A stretch of DNA of 64,000 nt from an uncultured Aureibaculum sp. (GTDB lineage: Bacteria > Bacteroidota > Bacteroidia > Flavobacteriales > Flavobacteriaceae): assembly GCA_963976855.1 (NCBI GenBank), contig CAXBMA010000008.1, forward strand, positions 1,911 through 65,910, written 5' to 3'. The notes under the pieces were generated by a model. The model did no database searches. It had not been told where the DNA came from and saw nothing but the letters and a program-made list of their open reading frames with translations. A program made the translations under genes and the position numbers. Each line of letters starts with the position of its first letter. Position 1 is the stretch's first letter. Positions 50,309 to 58,109 of this stretch are shown in pieces.

Positions 50309-52081
50309 ATGCAGCAAAATCCATTAGAATTTTATTTAGCAGAAAAAGTAAGGTTCGAGCAAACATCGGCAAAATTAAAAAAACAACTAACACTGTCTAG
50401 CACGATTAGATTACTTGCTTTTTTGGCAATTTGTTTCGGCTTGTACTTAACTTTCGGAAATATAAAAGCAATGATCGCTATAGGCGTATTTGGCTTTTTA
50501 GGCTTTTTATATTTAGTTTCTCGGCATTCAGATTTACAGTATAAGAAAGATGTGATTAGTAAATTAGTTGAGATTAATACAACAGAAATTAATGTCTTAA
50601 ATGGTGATTATTTATCTTTAGATACGGGTAGCGAATTTATAGACCCAACGCATTTTTATAGTTATGATATTGATTTGTTTGGCAGAGGCTCTTTTTTTCA
50701 ATATATCAATAGAACAGCTACAAAGGAGGGTAAAAAAGAGTTGGCTAATACCTTAACGGAAAACGAAATTTCTGAGATTAAATTGAAGCAAGAAGCCATC
50801 GATGAGTTGGCAAACAAACGCGTTTGGAGCCAACACTTCACGGCAATTGCTAGTTTGGTCAATGTGCAACATCCTGCCAAAGACATTATCAATTGGATAC
50901 ACCATTATAAACCTGTTTTTTCAAGTATTTTAACTGTTTTGCCGACCTTGTTTTCAGTCCTTTCATTAGTATTAATTGCACTGGTTGGTTTCGATTTGTT
51001 GCCTTTTAATATCGTGTTAGTTTGGTTTTTTATAGGTCTTGGAATTTCTATGTATTACGTTAAAAGAGTGAATGCTATTTATCAAAACGCAGATAATGCC
51101 AAAGATACTTTTAAGCAATATCACAAACTGTTGAATGAAATAGAAACCACTACATTTTCTTCAGAACTACTTAAAGAGAAGCAGACGTCAATTCAGTTAG
51201 AAACGAAAAAGGCATCAGTTATTTTCAGTTCATTTTCTAAAATATTAGACGCCCTAGATCAGCGTAATAATTTACTTATTGCCTTATTTGGAAATGCCTT
51301 TTTTTTACGAGATACACAGCAAGCTTATAAAGTAGAACAGTGGATTAAAACCTATGCTGCCAACGTGGAAAATTGGTTTGCCGTAATTGCTTTTTTTGAT
51401 GCACAAAATTCACTGGGAAATGTAAGATTCAATCATCCAAGTTATACTTTTCCCAAAATAAAACAAAATGAACAGGTTATCGCTGCAAAAAACTTGGGGC
51501 ATTGTTTGTTGAAAGAAAAACAACGGATTTGCAATGATTACACCATAGATAATCAGCAGTTTTTAATTATTACTGGAGCTAATATGGCAGGGAAGAGTAC
51601 TTTTTTGCGTACGGTTTCTTTATCGATTGTCATGGCCAATATTGGTTTGCCTGTTTGTGCTACTTCCTTTGAATATTCGCCTATTAAATTGATTACAAGT
51701 ATGCGAACTTCAGACTCGTTAGCGGATGATGAATCGTATTTCTTTTCTGAGCTGAAACGCTTAAAATTTATTGTAGAAGAAATTAAAACGGAAAACTACT
51801 TTATTATTTTGGATGAAATTTTAAAAGGTACAAATAGCACTGATAAAGCCATTGGGTCTAAAAAGTTCGTACAAAAATTAGTAGCTTCAAATTCAACAGG
51901 AATTATTGCCACCCACGATTTAAGTTTGTGTGAAATAGAAAAAGAGCTAACACAAATACAGAATTATTATTTTGATGCCGAAATCATCAATGATGAACTC
52001 CATTTTGATTATAAACTGAAAGATGGTGTGTGTAAAAATATGAATGCTTCGTTTTTATTAAAGAAAATGGAAATAGTCTAA
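50309..52081 (+). CDS. Membrane-anchored MutS-related ATPase (MutS domain V only)
   Basis: N-terminal and central TM segments; ITGANMAGKSTFLR, ESYFFSEL, LDEILKGTNS, IATHD; no mismatch-binding domain. Confidence 0.85.
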   Translation: MQQNPLEFYLAEKVRFEQTSAKLKKQLTLSSTIRLLAFLAICFGLYLTFGNIKAMIAIGVFGFLGFLYLVSRHSDLQYKKDVISKLVEINTTEINVLNGDYLSLDTGSEFIDPTHFYSYDIDLFGRGSFFQYINRTATKEGKKELANTLTENEISEIKLKQEAIDELANKRVWSQHFTAIASLVNVQHPAKDIINWIHHYKPVFSSILTVLPTLFSVLSLVLIALVGFDLLPFNIVLVWFFIGLGISMYYVKRVNAIYQNADNAKDTFKQYHKLLNEIETTTFSSELLKEKQTSIQLETKKASVIFSSFSKILDALDQRNNLLIALFGNAFFLRDTQQAYKVEQWIKTYAANVENWFAVIAFFDAQNSLGNVRFNHPSYTFPKIKQNEQVIAAKNLGHCLLKEKQRICNDYTIDNQQFLIITGANMAGKSTFLRTVSLSIVMANIGLPVCATSFEYSPIKLITSMRTSDSLADDESYFFSELKRLKFIVEEIKTENYFIILDEILKGTNSTDKAIGSKKFVQKLVASNSTGIIATHDLSLCEIEKELTQIQNYYFDAEIINDELHFDYKLKDGVCKNMNASFLLKKMEIV

Positions 52082-52130
52082 TAGAGCCATTAAAAATAAA
52101 ATTCACTATTTTCGCCAACAAAGGGGGGAA

Positions 52131-52784
52131 ATGGATAAAAGACTTAAGCAGAAACCGATGAACATCGTTAAGGTGGTATTATTCGGGCCTGAATCTACAG
52201 GTAAAACGACATTGGCAAATCAACTGGCATATCATTATCAAACAGTTTGGGCGCCTGAATATGCACGCGAATATTTACAGGAAAAATGGAATAATAAACG
52301 CCAGGTGTGTGAGCATGAAGATCTGTTACCCATCGCAATTGGTCAAATAAAACTGGAAAATAGATTGGCACAACGTGCAGATAAGGTGCTGATTTGTGAT
52401 ACTGATTTGTTAGAAACAAAAGTGTATTCAGAAGAGTATTATGATGGTTTAGTAGATTCTGAAATAGAAATTGCTGCTGAAAAAAATCAATATGATATTT
52501 ATTTATTGACGTCTATTGATATTCCTTGGAGATTTGACAGTATTCGTGATAAGCCCGGACAACGAGAAGAAATGTTTAAGGCCTTTGAAAATGCATTAAA
52601 AAAGTATAAAAAGCCATACGTTACGCTAAAAGGCAATGAAGAAACACGATTTAATAAGGCTGTAGCAGTTATAGACGATTTAATAGCAAAAAAAGAAAAT
52701 TTATTTAATTATTCGGAATCAGAAGATATCGTTATTACCAAAAGGAAAAGTTTGTTTAGTAAATTTTTTAGCGCTAGAGAGTAG
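52131..52784 (+). CDS. NadR-type kinase-like P-loop ATPase (AAA_28), paralog B
   Basis: LFGPESTGKTTL, EYAREY, CDTD, IPWRFDSIRD. Confidence 0.82.
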   Translation: MDKRLKQKPMNIVKVVLFGPESTGKTTLANQLAYHYQTVWAPEYAREYLQEKWNNKRQVCEHEDLLPIAIGQIKLENRLAQRADKVLICDTDLLETKVYSEEYYDGLVDSEIEIAAEKNQYDIYLLTSIDIPWRFDSIRDKPGQREEMFKAFENALKKYKKPYVTLKGNEETRFNKAVAVIDDLIAKKENLFNYSESEDIVITKRKSLFSKFFSARE

Positions 52785-52798
52785 CTCAATGCCTATTG

Positions 52799-53224
52799 TT
52801 ATGGTGTAGCATTCACCCAAACTTCACCATCTATAAAATGTTCTTTTTTCCAGATAGGCACTGTTTCTTTTAAGGTGTCAATGGCAAATTGACATGCCGC
52901 AAAAGCAGCTTTTCTGTGTGGAGAAGAAACGGCAATAATTACTGGAATATCACTAATTTGTAATGCCCCTGCAGCATGATGAATGGCAATATTTAAAATG
53001 TCAAAATCGGCCAAAGCCATTGTTGCAATTTTTTGCATTTCTTTAAGTGCCATCGCTTCATAGGTAGAAAAGTCGAGCAGCGTTACTTCCTTACCTTGGG
53101 TTTGGTTTCTAACGGTGCCAACAAACAAGGCAACCCCACCACAAGAAGCATCTTGAACAAAATCATAACAGTCTTGTAAATTCAACTTTTCAGCGGTTAT
53201 TTTTATAGAGCTATTTTCTGACAT
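52799..53224 (-). CDS. moaE: Molybdopterin synthase catalytic subunit
   Basis: GGVALFVGTVR, AVSSPHRKAAF, IDTLKETVPIWKKE. Confidence 0.95.
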   Translation of the reverse strand: MSENSSIKITAEKLNLQDCYDFVQDASCGGVALFVGTVRNQTQGKEVTLLDFSTYEAMALKEMQKIATMALADFDILNIAIHHAAGALQISDIPVIIAVSSPHRKAAFAACQFAIDTLKETVPIWKKEHFIDGEVWVNATP

Positions 53225-53291
53225 TTTTTAACTAAATTATATACAAAGTTAAGGAATCAGGTTGTACTTTTGCAGACGAAAATTTAAACGT

Positions 53292-53567
53292 ATGAAAAAC
53301 ACATTTAGAGTAGTAAGTGTATTAGAAGGACTGTCATATATTGTCTTACTTTTTATAGCAGTACCCATTAAATATTTAGGTGATGACGAATCGTATGTAA
53401 AAATGTTTGGGATGCCACATGGCTTGTTGTTTGTAGCCTACATCGTATTGGCATTTTTATTAAAAAGTGAACTGAACTGGAAGGCAAAAACCTTTTGGAT
53501 AATCTTGGCAGCCTCTATCATCCCTTTTGGGACATTTTATGTAGAAAAGAAATATTTAAGAAGCTAA
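53292..53567 (+). CDS. DUF3817 membrane protein
   Basis: FRVVSVLEGLSY, G.PHG.LF.AY, ASIIPFGTF; start at the second Met (53292). Confidence 0.78.
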   Translation: MKNTFRVVSVLEGLSYIVLLFIAVPIKYLGDDESYVKMFGMPHGLLFVAYIVLAFLLKSELNWKAKTFWIILAASIIPFGTFYVEKKYLRS

Positions 53568-53599
53568 ATTCTATTCATTGATTTTGTTCGTGTTGCTGG

Positions 53600-53842
53600 T
53601 TAACCCCCACTAACAGGTGGAATCAAAGCGATGACATCATTTTCTTTAACAATACAATTACCGTCGGCATACACTTCATTTACAGCAATTGAATAATTTT
53701 TAAAGGCATTTAATTTAGGGTGTAACTGTGCTAATTGTTGTCTCAAATTTGCTAGTGTAGTGCCCTCAGAAACAGCAAGGCTTATTGTACTACAATTCGC
53801 AACATCTCGAAGTATTCCAAAAAATAAAATATTTATTTGCAT
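53600..53842 (-). CDS. moaD: Molybdopterin synthase sulfur carrier subunit
   Basis: ILFFG, AVNE, IPPVSGG C-terminal Gly-Gly. Confidence 0.94.
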   Translation of the reverse strand: MQINILFFGILRDVANCSTISLAVSEGTTLANLRQQLAQLHPKLNAFKNYSIAVNEVYADGNCIVKENDVIALIPPVSGG

Positions 53843-53895
53843 AAAATCAAAGTTATTAAAATCTCTTACATTTGTGAGACCAAATAGTTAATTCT

Positions 53896-55611
53896 TTGAA
53901 AAAAATATTTCCAATACTAGATTGGTTACCTAATTACAAACTTTCTTATTTAAAAGGTGATTTATTTGCTGGGCTAACCGTTGGTGTTATTTTAATACCA
54001 CAAGGTATTGCTTATGCAATTATTGCTGGGTTACCACCAATATACGGGCTCTATACAGCATTGGTGCCGCAGTTAATGTATGCTATTTTTGGCACATCGC
54101 GTAAGCTCGCTACAGGTCCAATAGCCATAGATTCGTTAATTATAGCCGCAGGGGTATCAACACTAGCAACTGTTGAAAGTGAAAATTATATTGCCATGGT
54201 GTTAGCACTCACCTTAATGGTTGGTTGTATACAATTAATCCTGGGCCTTTTTAGGTTGGGATTTATAGTAAATTTTTTATCAAAACCAGTACTTACTGGT
54301 TTTGTGACTGCAGCCGCATTAATTATTAGTTTTAATCAGTTTAGAGGTTTGTTGCGTATTGATGCAGAACGCAGTAACCAAATTCAACATGTAGTACAAA
54401 ATGTGATTGCTAAGTTAAGTACCATTCATTGGAAAAGCTTTCTAATTGGGGGTGTTGCCATCATAATTATTTACGGACTTAAAAAAATCAACAGAAAAAT
54501 TCCTGGCCCTTTAGTTGTTGTTGTTTTGGGGATCTTGATTATGAAATGGTTTACAAACTATTTTGAAGGCGTTGAAATTGTAAAGACCATTCCCAAAGGC
54601 TTGCCTTCATTTGAGATTCCAGTACTAGATTATGCCTTATTTTTAAAACTATTGCCCTTTGCTTTAACCTTGGCTTTTACGGGTTTTTTACAAGGAATAT
54701 CTATAGCAAAGGCTCTAGATGAAGATAGTGAGGAACATAAATTAATTCCCAATAAAGAACTAATAGCCTTAGGCTTGGGAAATATGGTGGGGTCTTTATT
54801 TAGTTCATATACATCAACAGGCAGCTTTGCGAGGTCTGCGATTAATAAAGAAGTAGGCGCGCAAACAGCCATGTCAAATGTTTTTTCGGCATTGTTTATC
54901 TTATTAACCCTATTGTTTTTTACACCAATATTTTACTTTTTACCTAAAACGGTGTTGGCGGCTATTATTATAGCAGCTGTATTCGGACTGATCAATATAA
55001 AAGACATTCAGTTTTTGTGGAAAAGTAATAAAATGGATTTTGTGATGATGCTTGTTACTTTTATAATCACTTTGACGGTTGGGATTAAAGAGGGAATATT
55101 AGTAGGCGTATTAGTGTCAATTTTTGTCGTGATTTTTGAGACGTCTAGACCACATATCGCCATTTTGGGCAAAGTACCCGATACTACACACTTTTATAGA
55201 AATGTAAACCGATTTGATGATGTAGAAGTAATAGATGAAATATTAATTGTTCGTTTTGATGCGCGATTGTACTTTGCCAATGCCAGTTATTTTAAAGATA
55301 AAATAGCTGAATATGCTAAAACGAAACCGAAATTAAAACTAATAATTATTGATGCTGAGGTAATTAATAACATTGATAGTAGTGGTGTTTTGGTTTTAAA
55401 AGAAGTTATTGAAACCTATAATAAAAGAGGAGTAAAAATTTATTTCACAGGTATTAAGGGCCCTGTAAGGGATGCATTCGCTAGAAGTGAATTGATTGGT
55501 GAAATTGGATTGGAAAATTGCTTTATGAGTATTCAAGAAGGTGTCGATAACTATAAAAAAGGAAATATAGATTTTAAATATTCAAAATACATAAATCAGG
55601 CAAATAAGTAA
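53896..55611 (+). CDS. SulP family anion permease with STAS domain
   Basis: GDLFAGLTVG..IPQGIAYA..GLPPIYGLY, TGSFARSA, C-terminal STAS (FANASYF, DSSG); TTG start. Confidence 0.93.
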   Translation: MKKIFPILDWLPNYKLSYLKGDLFAGLTVGVILIPQGIAYAIIAGLPPIYGLYTALVPQLMYAIFGTSRKLATGPIAIDSLIIAAGVSTLATVESENYIAMVLALTLMVGCIQLILGLFRLGFIVNFLSKPVLTGFVTAAALIISFNQFRGLLRIDAERSNQIQHVVQNVIAKLSTIHWKSFLIGGVAIIIIYGLKKINRKIPGPLVVVVLGILIMKWFTNYFEGVEIVKTIPKGLPSFEIPVLDYALFLKLLPFALTLAFTGFLQGISIAKALDEDSEEHKLIPNKELIALGLGNMVGSLFSSYTSTGSFARSAINKEVGAQTAMSNVFSALFILLTLLFFTPIFYFLPKTVLAAIIIAAVFGLINIKDIQFLWKSNKMDFVMMLVTFIITLTVGIKEGILVGVLVSIFVVIFETSRPHIAILGKVPDTTHFYRNVNRFDDVEVIDEILIVRFDARLYFANASYFKDKIAEYAKTKPKLKLIIIDAEVINNIDSSGVLVLKEVIETYNKRGVKIYFTGIKGPVRDAFARSELIGEIGLENCFMSIQEGVDNYKKGNIDFKYSKYINQANK

Positions 55612-55614
55612 TTT

Positions 55615-55657
55615 GTGATAAATGTTACATTACATTGTCAATTACTGATTAACTTTG
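55615..55657 (+). promoter_or_regulatory. Candidate Crp/Fnr box (GTGATAAATGTTAC) plus -7 element (TAACTTTG) of the MBL-rhodanese operon
   Basis: TGTGA-N6-TTACA, one mismatch from the CRP consensus; centre 28.5 nt before the -7 element at 55650. Confidence 0.65.
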
Positions 55658-55675
55658 CCTAAAAATGTTGAAGAT

Positions 55676-57082
55676 ATGAATGTAGAACAGATTTATACAG
55701 GTTGTTTATCTCAAGGAGCTTATTATATTGAGAGTGACGGAGAAGTTGCAATTATTGACCCTTTGCGGGAGGTGGATCCTTATATCGAGAGAGTCGTAAA
55801 AGATAAAGCCAAGATTAACTATATTTTTGAAACCCATTTTCATGCCGATTTTGTGAGTGGACATGTGACTTTAGCTGAGAAAACCGGAGCTACTATTGTT
55901 TACGGACCCAATGCGGAAACCACTTATGATTCGTATGTGGCTAAAGATGGTGAAGTGTTTCAAATAGGAAAGATTACCATTACGGCATTGCACACACCTG
56001 GTCACACCATGGAAAGCACCACTTATTTATTAAAAGATGAAAACGGGAAAGATCACGCTATTTTTAGTGGAGACACCTTGTTTTTAGGAGATGTAGGCAG
56101 ACCTGATTTGGCACAGAAAGGAGCGATGACTCAAGACGACCTAGCAGGAATGCTCTATGATAGTTTGAGAACAAAAATAATGACCTTGGCCGATGATGTT
56201 ATAGTATATCCAGCACATGGAGCAGGTTCAGCTTGTGGTAAAAACTTGAGTAAAGAAACCGTGGGAACTATTGGTGAGCAAAAAAGAACCAATTATGCTT
56301 TACGGGCCGATATGTCTAAGAAAGAGTTTGTAAAAGAAGTGACAGATGGTTTATTGCCACCACCACACTATTTTCCTCTAAATGTGAAACTGAATAAGGA
56401 AGGTTATGAAAGTATAGATACGATTATAGATAAAGGTACAAAGGCGTTAAAGCCGGATGATTTCGAAAAAATAGCAAATGAGACTGACGCCTTGATTTTA
56501 GACGTACGTCATCAATCTGATTTTATTAAAGGCTTTATTCCACGTTCCATATTTATAGGTATTGATGGTGGGTTTGCCCCTTGGGTTGGTGCGTTAATTA
56601 AAGACATTACACAGCCTATTTTATTAGTAACTCCTGAAGGTAGAGAAGAAGAAACGGTTACACGTTTGTCGCGTGTTGGGTTTGATCATACCTTAGGATA
56701 CCTTGACGGAAGTTTTGAGTCTTGGAAAGAAGCTGGAAAAGAAATTGACACCTTAGAATCGATTGCACCAGCTAGTTTAGAAGCAAAGTTAAAGGAAGGA
56801 GCTATTTCGATATTCGATGTTCGTAAACCCGGTGAATATTCAAGTGAACATATTGTTGATGTACCTAACACGCCCTTAGATTATTTAAACAGTCATTTAT
56901 CGGAATTCCCTAAGAATAAACCGTTTTATGTACATTGTGCTGGCGGTTATCGTTCCGTGATAGCCTCGTCTATATTAAAAGCGAGAGGGTTTCACAATGT
57001 AGTTGATATTGCCGGAGGGTATGGAGCTATAAAAAATACTGGGATTAAGCGTACAGATTACGTTTGCCCTACAACACTCTAA
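55676..57082 (+). CDS. MBL-fold persulfide dioxygenase-like protein fused to rhodanese domains (CstB-like architecture)
   Basis: THFHADF, HTPGHT, GDVGRPDL, PAHGAGSACGK; C-terminal HCAGGYRS rhodanese loop; ATG at 55676. Confidence 0.85.
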   Translation: MNVEQIYTGCLSQGAYYIESDGEVAIIDPLREVDPYIERVVKDKAKINYIFETHFHADFVSGHVTLAEKTGATIVYGPNAETTYDSYVAKDGEVFQIGKITITALHTPGHTMESTTYLLKDENGKDHAIFSGDTLFLGDVGRPDLAQKGAMTQDDLAGMLYDSLRTKIMTLADDVIVYPAHGAGSACGKNLSKETVGTIGEQKRTNYALRADMSKKEFVKEVTDGLLPPPHYFPLNVKLNKEGYESIDTIIDKGTKALKPDDFEKIANETDALILDVRHQSDFIKGFIPRSIFIGIDGGFAPWVGALIKDITQPILLVTPEGREEETVTRLSRVGFDHTLGYLDGSFESWKEAGKEIDTLESIAPASLEAKLKEGAISIFDVRKPGEYSSEHIVDVPNTPLDYLNSHLSEFPKNKPFYVHCAGGYRSVIASSILKARGFHNVVDIAGGYGAIKNTGIKRTDYVCPTTL

Positions 57083-57087
57083 ATTAC

Positions 57088-57597
57088 ATGAAAACAATTT
57101 TCAGTTTTATTTTTATTGTAGGTCTAAATTTTAGTTGTTTTTCACAAACAAAAGTAGCGGAGCATATTTTGTCTCTTGACAGTCTTACTGATGCGCCAAC
57201 AGCAACAATTAATGATGTTGCATGGATAGCTGGTTTGTGGAAAGGCGAGGCCTTTGGAGGCGTCACGGAAGAAAATTGGAGCGCACCTTCAAATGGTTCT
57301 ATGATGGCGGCTTTCAAGGTATCTGCTGAAGGCAAGGTGCTATTCTATGAGTTAGAGATAATAAGAGAACTGGAAGGGTCTTTAATTTTACAGCTAAAAC
57401 ATTTTAATGGCGACTTAAAAGGTTGGGAAACGAAAGATGAAACAGTTGATTTTCCGTTGGTAAAAATTACGGAAAATACCGTTTATTTTGATGGAATGAC
57501 CTTTGATAAAATTTCTGAGAACGAAATGAATGTGTATGTGTTAATGCATGCAAAGGACGGAACAACCAGTGAAATGAAGTTCAATTATAAAAAATAA
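57088..57597 (+). CDS. Exported protein of unknown function (DUF6265-like)
   Basis: Signal peptide; WIAGLWKG, EENWSAP, LKHF; family from memory. Confidence 0.65.
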   Translation: MKTIFSFIFIVGLNFSCFSQTKVAEHILSLDSLTDAPTATINDVAWIAGLWKGEAFGGVTEENWSAPSNGSMMAAFKVSAEGKVLFYELEIIRELEGSLILQLKHFNGDLKGWETKDETVDFPLVKITENTVYFDGMTFDKISENEMNVYVLMHAKDGTTSEMKFNYKK

Positions 57598-57648
57598 AAG
57601 CTCCTCAAAAATGAGTCAATATTAAACACTTTAACTTATTTCAAACAG

Positions 57649-58074
57649 ATGAAAAAAACTAAATTAATTTTGTTAGTATCTATGGTGATACTGACTCTTT
57701 CATGTAAAAAGAATGAGGCACAAGTAACCAAAACTAAGTCGCAACAAGTGATTAGCGAAAAAGTTACAGCCGATGCTTTTAAAACAAAAGTAGAACAACA
57801 AGAAGTTCAATTGATAGATGTTAGAACACCAGAGGAATATTCGGAAGGCTATATTCAAAACGCTTTGAATATCAATATTTATGACAATGATTTTATAACC
57901 CAAATAAATAAACTAGATAAAAACAAACCAGTTTATTTGTATTGTAAGATGGGTGGTCGTAGTGCTAAAGCAGCTGAAAGATTAGAAATGGCGGGTTTTA
58001 CAAAAATATATGATCTTCAAGGAGGCTTTTCAAGTTGGCAACAAAAAGAATACCCAATAAGCACAAAAGAATAA
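57649..58074 (+). CDS. Rhodanese-like lipoprotein
   Basis: Lipobox TLS-C; IDVRTPEEY..GYI..A, YCKMGGRS active-site loop, DLQGGF..W. Confidence 0.88.
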   Translation: MKKTKLILLVSMVILTLSCKKNEAQVTKTKSQQVISEKVTADAFKTKVEQQEVQLIDVRTPEEYSEGYIQNALNINIYDNDFITQINKLDKNKPVYLYCKMGGRSAKAAERLEMAGFTKIYDLQGGFSSWQQKEYPISTKE

Positions 58075-58107
58075 AAAAAAGCCGATGATTTTCATCGGCT
58101 TTTTTTT
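58073..58107. terminator. Bidirectional intrinsic terminator
   Basis: A8-GCCGATGA-ttt-TCATCGGC-T8 between convergent genes. Confidence 0.92.
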
Positions 58108-58109
58108 GC

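Noticed and set aside
50309-52081. Calling the MutS-like gene mutS or mutS2
   Set aside because: Lacks the mismatch-recognition, clamp and Smr domains and has transmembrane segments
52120-52133. GGGGGG run just before the NadR-like paralog B start, resembling a Shine-Dalgarno
   Set aside because: Single instance that is not a good AGGAGG match; no way to support function from sequence
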